From Antedon mediterranea (Eukaryota; Animalia; Echinodermata), in assembly GCF_964355755.1 (NCBI RefSeq), contig NC_092675.1, positions 13,984,912 to 14,048,911 of the forward strand: a stretch of DNA of 64,000 bases, given 5' to 3'. Positions 23,129 to 35,100 of the stretch are shown here, one piece after another. Positions within the stretch are counted from its first letter, which is position 1; each line of letters opens with the position of its first letter. The position numbers and the translations under genes were made by a program. The notes beneath the pieces were generated by a model. The model saw nothing but the letters and a program-made list of their open reading frames with translations, did not search any database and was not told the DNA's origin.

Positions 23129-26100
23129 TTTCACAGGTTTCTCAGGGGCGTTTTGAGGGCGTTGTCGTCCTCCAAAACATTAAGTATGACTATGGCAAGC
23201 TTAAAACTGATTGATCTACACGTTGAGCCAATAAAATGATATTGCTAGGAACCCTTTCATATCCATTTTAATATCGTATTTAAAAACGTTTTAGACCATT
23301 TTGAGCATTTAGACAAAACTTTTTCACACAAAACACCAAAGTGCTTAGAATAGCTTCAAATCGCATTTGGAGACGTTTTAGACCATTTTGTGATTTTCAA
23401 AAAAACTTGTTAACATAAAAACACCAAAGTGCTTAGAATAGCTTCAAATCGTATTTGGAGACGTTTTAGACCATTTTGTGATTTTCGAAAAAACTTGTTA
23501 ACATAAAAACACCAAAGTGCTTAGAATAGCTTCAAATCGCATTTGGAGATATTTTAGACCAATTTGTGATTTTCGAAAAAAACTTGTCAACATAAAAACA
23601 CCAAAGTGTTTAGAATAGCTTCAAATCGCATTTGGAGACGTTTTAGACCAATTTGTGATTTTCGAAAAAACTTATCAACATAAAAACACCAAAGGGTTTA
23701 GAATAGCTTCAAATCGCATTTGGAGACGTTTTAGACCATTTTGTGATTTTCGAAAAAACTTGTTAACATAAAAACACGAAAGTGCTTAGAATAGCTTCAA
23801 ATCGCATTTGGAAACGTTTTAGACCATTTTGTGATTTTCGAAAAAACTTGTTAACATAAAAACACGAAAGTGCTTAGAATAGCTTCAAATCGCATTTGGA
23901 AACGTTTTAGACCATTTTGTGATTTTCGAAAAAAATTGTTAACATAAAAACACCAAAGTGCTTAGAATCACATTATAAACCGTTTTAGACCATTTTCAGC
24001 ATTTCGATAACAATTTTCACACAAAAACATCAAAGAGCACAAAATAGCTTAATATCGTATTTAAAAATGTTTTAGACCATTTTGAGCATTTGGATAAAAC
24101 TTTTTCACACAAAACACCAAAGTGCTTAGAATAGCTTCAAATCGCATTTGGAGACGTTTTAGACCATTTTGTGATTTTTGAAAAAAATTGTTAACATAAA
24201 AACACCAAAGTGCTTAGAATAGCTTCAAATCGCATTTGGAAACGTTTTAGACCATTTTGTGATTTTCGAAAAAACTTATCAACATAAAAACACCAAAGGG
24301 TTTAGAATAGCTTCAAATCGCATTTTGAGACGTTTTAGACCATTTTGTGATTTTCGAAAAAACTTGTTAACATAAAAACACGAAAGTGCTTAGAATAGCT
24401 TCAAATCGCATTTGGAAACGTTTTAGACCATTTTGTGATTTTCGAAAAAACTTGTTAACATAAAAACACGAAAGTGCTTAGAATAGCTTCAAATCGCATT
24501 TGGAAACGTTTTAGACCATTTTGTGATTTTCGAAAAAAATTGTTAACATAAAAACACCAAAGTGCTTAGAATCACATTATAAACCGTTTTAGACCATTTT
24601 GAGCATTTCGATAACAATTTTCACACAAAAACATCAAAGAGCACAAAATAGCTTAATATCGTATTTAAAAATGTTTTAGACCATTTTGAGCATTTGGATA
24701 AAACTTTTTCACACAAAACACCAAAGTGCTTAGAATAGCTTCAAATCGCATTTGGAGACGTTTTAGACCATTTTGTGATTTTTGAAAAAAATTGTTAACA
24801 TAAAAACACCAAAGTGCTTAGAATAGCTTCAAAGCACATTTGGAGACGTTTTAGACCATTTTGTGATATTCGAAAAAACTTGTTAACATAAAAACACGAA
24901 AGTGCTTAGAATAGCTTCAAATCGCATTTGGAAACGTTTTAGACCATTTTGTGATTTTCGAAAAAACTTGTTAACATAAAAACACCAAAGTGCTTAGAAT
25001 AGCTTCAAATCGCATTTGGAAACGTTTTAGACCATTTTGTTATTTTCGAAAAAACTTGTTAACATAAAAACACCAAAGTGCTTCAAATCGCATTTGCAGA
25101 CATTTTAGACCAATTTGTGATTTTTGAAAAAACTTGTTAACATAAAAACACCAAAGTGTTTACAATAGCTTCAAATCGTATTTGGAGACGTTTTAGACCA
25201 TTTTGTGATTTTCGAAAAAACTTGTTAACATAAAAACACCAAAGTACTTAGAATAGCTTCAAATCGCATTTGGAGACGTTTTAGACCATTTTATGCATTT
25301 CGATGAAACTTGGTTACACAAAAACATCAAAGTGCTTAAAATCACATTATAATCCGTTTTAGACCATTTTGAGCATTTCGATAACACTTTTCACACAAAA
25401 ACATCAAAGAGCACAAAATAGCTTAATATCGTATTTAAAAACGTTTTAGACCATTTTGAGCATTTCGACAAAACTTTTTCACACAAAACACCAAAGTGCT
25501 TAGAATAGCTTCAAATCGCATTTGGAGACGTTTTAGACCATTTTGTGATTTTCGAAAAAAATTGTTAACATAAAAACATCAAAGTGTACAGAATAGCTTC
25601 AAATCGCATTTGGAGACCGTTTTAGGGCAATTTGTGATTTTCGTAAAAACTTGTTAACCTAAAAATACCAAAGTGTTTAGAATAGCTTCAAATCGCATTT
25701 GGAGACGTTTTAGACCATTTTGTGATTTTCGAAAAAACTTGTTAACATAAAAACACCAAAGTGCTTAGAATAGCTTCAAATCGCATTTGGAGACATTTTA
25801 GACCAATTTGTGATTTTCGAAAAAACTTGTCAACATAAAAACACCAAAGTGTTTAGAATAGCTTCAAATCACATTTGGAGACGTTTTAGACCAATTTGTG
25901 ATTTTCGAAAAAACTTATCAACATAAAAACACCAAAGGGTTTAGAATATCTTCAAATCGCATTTGGAGACGTTTTAGACAATTTTGTGATTTTCGAAAAA
26001 ACTTGTTAACATAAAAACACCAAAGTGCTTAGAATAGCTTCAAATCGCATTTGGAGACGTTTTAGACCATTTTGTGATTTTCAAAAAAAATTGTTAACAT

Positions 26101-29100
26101 AAAAACACCAAAGTGCATAGAATCACATTATAAACCGTTTTAGACCATTTAGAGCATTTCGATAACAATTTTCACACAAAAACATCAATGAGCACAAAAT
26201 AGCTTAATATCGTATTTAAAAATGTTTTAGACCATTTTGAGCATTTAGACAAAACTTTTTCACACAAAACACCAAAGTGCTTAGAATAGCTTCAAATCGC
26301 ATTTGGAGACGTTTTAGACAATTTTGTGATTTTCGAAAAAAATTGTTAACATAAAAACACCAAAGTGCTTAGAATAGCTTCAAATCGCATTTGGAGACGT
26401 TTTAGACCATTTTGTGATTTTCGAAAAAACTTGGTTACACAAAAACATAAAAGTGCTTAAAATCACATTATAAACCGTTTTAGACCATTTTGAGCATTTC
26501 GATAACACTTTTCACACAAAAAACATCATAGAGCACAAAATAGCTTAATATCGTATTTAAAAACGTTTTAGACCATTTTGAGCATTTCGACAAAACTTGT
26601 TAACATAAAAACACCAAAGTGCTTAGAATGGCTTCAATTGCATTTGGAGACGCTTTAGACCATTTGTGATTTTCGAAAAAAATTGTTAACATAAAAACAC
26701 CAAAGTGCTTAAAATCACATTATAAATCGTTTTAGACCATTTTGAGCATTTCGATAACACTTTTCACACAAAAACATCAAAGAGCACAAGATAGCTTAAT
26801 ATCTTATTTAAAAACGTTTTAGACCATTTTGAGCATTTAGACAAAACTTTTTCACACAAAACACCAAAGGGCTTAGAATAGCTTCAAATCGCATTTGGAG
26901 ACGTTTTAGACCATTTTGTGATTTTCAAAAAAACTTGTTAACATAAAAACACCAAAGTGCTTAGAATAGCTTCAAATCGTATTTGGAGACGTTTTAGACC
27001 ATTTTGTGATTTTCGAAAAAACTTGTTAACATAAAAACACCAAAGTGCTTAGAATAGCTTCAAATCGCATTTGGAGACATTTTAGACCAATTTGTGATTT
27101 TCGAAAAAAACTTGTCAACATAAAAACACAAAAGTGTTTAGAATAGCTTCAAATCGCATTTGGAGACGTTTTAGACCAATTTGTGATTTTCGAAAAAAAC
27201 TTATCAACATAAAAACACCAAAGGGTTTAGAATAGCTTCAAATCGCATTTTGAGACGTTTTAGACCATTTTGTGATTTTCGAAAAAACTTGTTAACATAA
27301 AAACACGAAAGTGCTTAGAATAGCTTCAAATCGCATTTGGAAACGTTTTATTCCATTTTGTGATTTTCGAAAAAAATTGTTAACATAAAAACACCAAAGT
27401 GCTTAGAATCACATTATAAACCGTTTTAGACCATTTTGAGCATTTCGATAACAATTTTCACACAAAAACATCAAAGAGCACAAAATAGCTTAATATCGTA
27501 TTTAAAAATGTTTTAGACCATTTTGAGCATTTAGAAAAAACTTTTTCACACAAAACACCAAAGTGCTTAGAATAGCTTCAAATCGCATTTGGAGACGGTT
27601 TAGACCATTTTGTGATTTGGAAAAAACTTGTTAACATAAAAACACCAAAGTGCTTAGAATAGCTTCAAATCACATTTGGAGACGTTTTAGACCATTTTGT
27701 GATTTTCGAAAAAACTTGTTTACATAAAAACACCAAAGTGCTTAGAATAGCTTCAAATCACATTTGGAGACGTTTTAGACCATTTTGTGATTTTTGAAAA
27801 AACTTGTTAACATAAAAACACGAAAGTGCTTAGAATAGCTTCAAATCACATTTGGAGACGTTTTAGACCATTTTGTGATTTTCGAAAAAGATTGTTAACA
27901 TAAAAACACCAAAGTGCTTAGAATCACATTATAAACCGTTTTAGACCATTTTGAGCATTTCAATAACAATTTTCACACAAAAACATCAAAGAGCACAAAA
28001 TAGCTTAATATCGTATTTAAAAATGTTTTAGACCATTTTGAGCATTTGGATAAAACTTTTTCACACAAAACACCAAAGTGCTTAGAATAGCTTCAAATCG
28101 CATTTGGAGACGGTTTTGACCATTTTGTGATTTTGAAAAAACTTGTTAACATAAAAACACCAAAGTGCTTAGAATAGCTTCAAATCGCATTTGGAGACGT
28201 TTTAGACCATTTTGTGATTTTCGAAAAAACTTGTTAACATAAAAGCATCAAAGTGCTTAGAATAGCTTCAAATCACATTTGGAGTTGTTTTAGACCATTT
28301 TGTGATTTTTGAAAAAACTTGTTAACATAAAAACACCAAAGTGCTTAGAATAGCTTCAAATTGCATTTGGAGACGTTTTAGACCATTTTGTGATTTTCGA
28401 AAAAACTTGTTAACATAAAAACACCAAAGTGCTTAGAATAGCTTAAAATCGTATTTGGAGACGTTTTAGACCATTTTGAGATTTTCGAAAAAACTTGGTT
28501 ACACAAAAACATCAAAGTGCTTAAAATCACATTATAAACCGTTTTAGACCATTTTCAGCATTTCGATAACACTTTTCACACAAAAACATCAAAGAGCACA
28601 AAATAGCTTAATATCGTATTTAAAAACGTTTTAGACCATTTTGAGCATTTCGACAAAACTTTTTCACACAAAACACCAAAGTGCTTAGAATAGCTTCAAA
28701 TCGCATTTGGAGACGTTTTAGACCAATTTGTGCATTTCGATGAAACTTGATTACACAAAAACATCAAAGTGCTTAAAATCACATTATAAACCGTTTTAGA
28801 CCATTTTGAGCATTTCGATAACACTTTTCACACAAAAACATCAAAGAGCACAAAATAGCTTAATATCGTATTTAAAAACGTTTTAGACCATTTTGAGCAT
28901 TTAGACAAAACTTTTTCACACAAAACTCCAAAGTGCTTAGAATAGCTTCAAATCGCATTTGGAGACGTTTTAGAACATTTTGTGTTTTTCGAAAAAACCT
29001 GTTAACATAAAAACACCAAAGTGCTTAGAATAGCTTCAAATCGCATTTGGAGACTATTTAGACCATTTTGTGATTTTTGAAAAAACTTGTTAACATAAAA

Positions 29101-32100
29101 ACACGAAAGTGCTTAGAATAGCTTCAAATCGCATTTGGAAACGTTTTAGACCATTTTGTGATTTTCGAAAAAGATTGTTAACATAAAAACACCAATGTGC
29201 TTAGAATCACATTATACACCGTTTTAGACCATTTTGAGCATTTCGATAACAATTTTCACACAAAAACATCAAAGGGCACAAAATAGCTTAATATCGTATT
29301 TAAAAATGTTTTAGACCATTTTGAGCATTTAGATAAAACTTTTTCACACAAAACACCAAAGTGCTTAGAATAGCTTCAAATCGCATTTGGAGACGGTTTA
29401 GAACATTTTGTGATTTTGAAAAAACTTGTTAACATAAAAACACCAAAGTGCTTAGAATAGCTTCAAATCGCATTTGGAGACGTTTTAGACCATTTTGTGA
29501 TTTTCGAAAAAACTTGTTAACATAAAAACACCAAAGTGCTTAGAATAGCTTCAAATCGTATTTGGAGACGTTTTAGACCATTTTGAGATTTTCGAAAAAA
29601 CTTGGTTACACAAAAATATCAAAGGTCTTAAAATCACATTATAAACCGTTTTAGACCATTTTGAGCATTTCGATAACACTTTTCACACAAAAACATCAAA
29701 GAGCACAAAATAGCTTAATATCGTATTTAAAAACGTTTTAGACCATTTTGAGCATTTCGACAAAACTTTTTCACACAAAACACCAAAGTGCTTAGAATAG
29801 CTTCAAATCGCATTTGGAGACGTTTTAGACCAATTTGTGCATTTCGATGAAACTTGATTACACAAAAACATCAAAGTACTTAAAATCACATTATAAACCG
29901 TTTTAGACCATTTTGAGCATTTCGACAAAACTTTTTCACACAAAACACCAAAGTGCTTAGAATAGCTTCAAATCGCATTTGGAGACGTTTTAGACCAATT
30001 TGTGCATTTCGATGAAACTTGGTTACACAAAAACATCAAAGTGCTTAAAATCACATTATAAACCATTTTAGACCATTTTGAGCATTTCGATAACACTTTT
30101 CACACAAAAACATCAAAGAGCACAAAATAGCTTAATATCGTATTTAAAAACGTTTTAGACCATTTTGAGCATTTCGACAAAACTTTTTCACACAAAACAC
30201 CAAAGTGCTTAGAATAGCTTCAAATCGCATTTGGAGACGTTTTAGACCATTTTGTGATTTTCTAAAAAACTTGTAAACATAAAAACACCAAAGTGCTTAG
30301 AATAGCTTCAAATCACATTTGGAGACGTTTTAGACCATTTTGTGATTTTCGAAAAAACTTGTTAACATAAAAACACGAAAGTGCTTAGAATAGCTTCAAA
30401 TCGCATTTGGAAACGTTTTAGACCATTTTGTGATTTTCGAAAAAACTTGTTAACATAAAAACACGAAAGTGCTTAGAATAGCTTCAAATCGCATTTGGAA
30501 ACGTTTTAGACCATTTTGTGATTTTCGAAAAAAATTGTTAACATAAAAACACCAAAGTGCTTAGAATCACATTATAAACCGTTTTAGACCATTTTGAGCA
30601 TTTCGATAACAATTTTCACACAAAAACATCAAAGAGCACAAAATAGCTTAATATCGTATTTAAAAATGTTTTAGACCATTTTGAGCATTTAGATAAAACT
30701 TTTTCACACAAAACACCAAAGTGCTTAGAATAGCTTCAAATCGCATTTGGAGACGTTTTAGACCATTTTGTGATTTTTGAAAAAACTTGTAAACATAAAA
30801 ACACCAAAGTGCTTAGAATAGCTTCAAATCACATTTGGAGACGTTTTAGACCATTTTGTGATTTTCGAAAAAACTTGTTAACATAAAAACACGAAAGTGT
30901 TTAGAATAGCTTCAAATCGCATTTGGAGACGTTTTAGACCAATTTGTGATTTTCGAAAAAAACTTATCAACATAAAAACACCAAAGGGTTTAGAATAGCT
31001 TCAAATCGCATTTTGAGACGTTTTAGACCATTTTGTGATTTTCGAAAAAACTTGTTAACATAAAAACACGAAAGTGCTTAGAATAGCTTCAAATCGCATT
31101 TGGAAACGTTTTATTCCATTTTGTGATTTTCGAAAAAAATTGTTAACATAAAAACACCAAAGTGCTTAGAATCACATTATAAACCGTTTTAGACCATTTT
31201 GAGCATTTCGATAACAATTTTCACACAAAAACATCAAAGAGCACAAAATAGCTTAATATCGTATTTAAAAATGTTTTAGACCATTTTGAGCATTTAGAAA
31301 AAACTTTTTCACACAAAACACCAAAGTGCTTAGAATAGCTTCAAATCGCATTTGGAGACGGTTTAGACCATTTTGTGATTTTGAAAAAACTTGTTAACAT
31401 AAAAACACCAAAGTGCTTAGAACAGCTTCAAATCACATTTGGAGACGTTTTAGACCATTTTGTGATTTTCGAAAAAACTTGTTTACATAAAAACACCAAA
31501 GTGCTTAGAATAGCTTCAAATCACATTTGGAGACGTTTTAGACCATTTTGTGATTTTTGAAAAAACTTGTTAACATAAAAACACGAAAGTGCTTAGAATA
31601 GCTTCAAATCACATTTGGAGACGTTTTAGACCATTTTGTGATTTTCGAAAAAGATTGTTAACATAAAAACACCAAAGTGCTTAGAATCACATTATAAACC
31701 GTTTTAGACCATTTTGAGCATTTCAATAACAATTTTCACACAAAAACATCAAAGAGCACAAAATAGCTTAATATCGTATTTAAAAATGTTTTAGACCATT
31801 TTGAGCATTTAGATAAAACTTTTTCACACAAAACACCAAAGTGCTTAGAATAGCTTCAAATCGCATTTGGAGACGGTTTAGACCATTTTGTGATTTTGAA
31901 AAAACTTGTTAACATAAAAACACCAAAGTGCTTAGAATAGCTTCAAATCGCATTTGGAGACGTTTTAGACCATTTTGTGATTTTCGAAAAAACTTGTTAA
32001 CATAAAAGCATCAAAGTGCTTAGAATAGCTTCAAATCACATTAATTTGGAGTTGTTTTAGACCATTTTGTGATTTTTGAAAAAACTTGTTAACATAAAAA

Positions 32101-35100
32101 CACCAAAGTGCTTAGAATAGCTTCAAATTGCATTTGGAGACGTTTTAGACCATTTTGTGATTTTCGAAAAAACTTGTTAACATAAAAACACCAAAGTGCT
32201 TAGAATAGCTTAAAATCGTATTTGGAGACGTTTTAGACCATTTTGAGATTTTCGAAAAAACTTGGTTACACAAAAACATCAAAGTGCTTAAAATCACATT
32301 ATAAACCGTTTTAGACCATTTTCAGCATTTCAATAACACTTTTCACACAAAAACATCAAAGAGCACAAAATAGCTTAATATCGTATTTAAAAACGTTTTA
32401 GACCATTTTGAGCATTTCGACAAAACTTTTTCACACAAAACACCAAAGTGCTTAGAATAGCTTCAAATCGCATTTGGAGACGTTTTAGACCAATTTGTGC
32501 ATTTCGATGAAACTTGATTACACAAAAACATCAAAGTGCTTAAAATCACATTATAAACCGTTTTAGACCATTTTGAGCATTTCGATAACACTTTTCACAC
32601 AAAAACATCAAAGAGCACAAAATAGCTTAATATCGTATTTAAAAACGTTTTAGACCATTTTGAGCATTTAGACAAAACTTTTTCACACAAAACTCCAAAG
32701 TGCTTAGAATAGCTTCAAATCGCATTTGGAGACGTTTTAGAACATTTTGTGTTTTTCGAAAAAACCTGTTAACATAAAAACACCAAAGTGCTTAGAATAG
32801 CTTCAAATCGCATTTGGAGACTATTTAGACCATTTTGTGATTTTTGAAAAAACTTGTTAACATAAAAACACGAAAGTGCTTAGAATAGCTTCAAATCGCA
32901 TTTGGAAACGTTTTAGACCATTTTGTGATTTTCGAAAAAGATTGTTAACATAAAAACACCAATGTGCTTAGAATCACATTATACACCGTTTTAGACCATT
33001 TTGAGCATTTCGATAACAATTTTCACACAAAAACATCAAAGGGCACAAAATAGCTTAATATCGTATTTAAAAATGTTTTAGACCATTTTGAGCATTTAGA
33101 TAAAACTTTTTCACACAAAACACCAAAGTGCTTAGAATAGCTTCAAATCGCATTTGGAGACGGTTTAGAATATTTTGTGATTTTGAAAAAACTTGTTAAC
33201 ATAAAAACACCAAAGTGCTTAGAATAGCTTCAAATCGCATTTGGAGACGTTTTAGACCATTTTGTGATTTTCGAAAAAACTTGTTAACATAAAAACACCA
33301 AAGTGCTTAGAATAGCTTCAAATCGTATTTGGAGACGTTTTAGACCATTTTGAGATTTTCGAAAAAACTTGGTTACACAAAAACATCAAAGTGCTTAAAA
33401 TCACATTATAAACCGTTTTAGACCATTTTGAGCATTTCGATAACACTTTTCACACAAAAACATCAAAGAGCACAAAATAGCTTAATATCGTATTTAAAAA
33501 CGTTTTAGACCATTTTGAGCATTTCGACAAAACTTTTTCACACAAAACACCAAAGTGCTTAGAATAGCTTCAAATCGCATTTGGAGACGTTTTAGACCAA
33601 TTTGTGCATTTCGATGAAACTTGATTACACAAAAACATCAAAGTACTTAAAATCACATTATAAACCGTTTTAGACCATTTTGAGCATTTCGATAACACTT
33701 TTCACACAAAAACATCAAAGAGCACAAAATAGCTTAATATCGTATTTAAAAACGTTTTAGACCATTTTGAGCATTTAGACAAAACTTTTTCACACAAAAC
33801 ACCAAAGTGCTTAGAATAGCTTCAAATCGCATTTGGAGACGTTTTAGACCATTTTGTGCATTTCGATGAAACTTGGTTACACAAAAACATCAAAGTGCTT
33901 AAAATCACATTATAAATCGTTTTAGACCATTTTGAGCATTTCGACAAAACTTTTTCACACAAAATACAAAAGTGCTTAGAATAGCTTCAAATCGCATTTG
34001 GAGACGTTTTAGACCATTTTGTGATTTTCGAAAAAACTTTTTAACATAAAAACACCAAAGTGCTTAGAATAGCTTCAAATCGTATTTTAGACCATTTTGA
34101 GATTTTCGAAAAAACTTGGTTACACAAAAATATCAAAGTGCTTAAAATCACATTATAAACCGTTTTAGACCATTTTGAGCATTTCGATAACACTTTTCAC
34201 ACAAAAACATCAAAGAGCACAAAATAGCTTAATATCGTATTTAAAAACGTTTTAGACCATTTTGAGCATTTCGACAAAACTTTTTCACACAAAACACCAA
34301 AGTGCTTAGAATAGCTTCAAATCGCATTTGGAGACGTTTTAGACCAATTTGTGCATTTCGATGAAACTTGATTACACACAAAAACATCAAAGTGCTTAAA
34401 ATCACATTATAAACCGTTTTAGACCATTTTGAGCATTTCGATAACACTTTTCACACAAAAACATCAAAGAGCACAAAATAGCTTAATATCGTATTTAAAA
34501 ACGTTTTAGACCATTTTGAGCATTTAGACAAAACTTTTTCACACAAAACACCAAAGTGCTTAGAATAGCTTCAAATCGCATTTGGAGACGTTTTAGACCA
34601 TTTTGTGATTTTCAAAAAAACTTGTTAACATAAAAACACCAAAGTGCTTAGAATAGCTTCAAATCGTATTTGGAGACGTTTTAGACCATTTTGTGATTTT
34701 CGAAAAAACTTGTTAACATAAAAACACCAAAGTGCTTAGAATAGCTTCAAATCGCATTTGGAGACATTTTAGACCAATTTGTGATTTTCGAAAAAAACTT
34801 GTCAACATAAAAACACCAAAGTGTTTAGAATAGCTTCAAATCGCATTTGGAGACGTTTTAGACCAATTTGTGATTTTCGAAAAAACTTATCAACATAAAA
34901 ACACCAAAGGGTTTAGAATAGCTTCAAATCGCATTTTGAGACGTTTTAGACCATTTTGTGATTTTCGAAAAAACTTTTTAACATAAAAACACCAAAGTGC
35001 TTAGAATAGCTTCAAATCACATTTGGAGACGTTTTAGACCATTTTGTGATTTTCGAAAAAACTTGTTAACATAAAAACACGAAAGTGCTTAGAATAGCTT

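Larger units (their letters stand above)
20351..23267. mobile_element. Non-autonomous TIR DNA transposon, 2,917 bp, probably Kolobok superfamily
   Basis: Perfect 15-bp TIRs AATGGATATGAAAGG (20351-20365) and CCTTTCATATCCATT (23253-23267), with TTAA at 20347-20350 and 23268-23271. Removal restores the monomer. TTAA TSD with 5'-RR...YY-3' termini fits Kolobok rather than piggyBac. The superfamily call rests on the termini only: no ORF of 60 aa or more lies inside, and a TA-TSD reading with 16-bp TIRs is formally possible. Confidence 0.8.

Noticed and set aside
16242-23267. One composite element spanning both insertions and the satellite between them
   Set aside because: Each insertion has its own TIR pair, its own TTAA duplication and a separate empty-site paralogue.
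31375-31560. 61-aa plus-strand ORF
   Set aside because: Satellite monomers with point variants that remove stops. No coding features.
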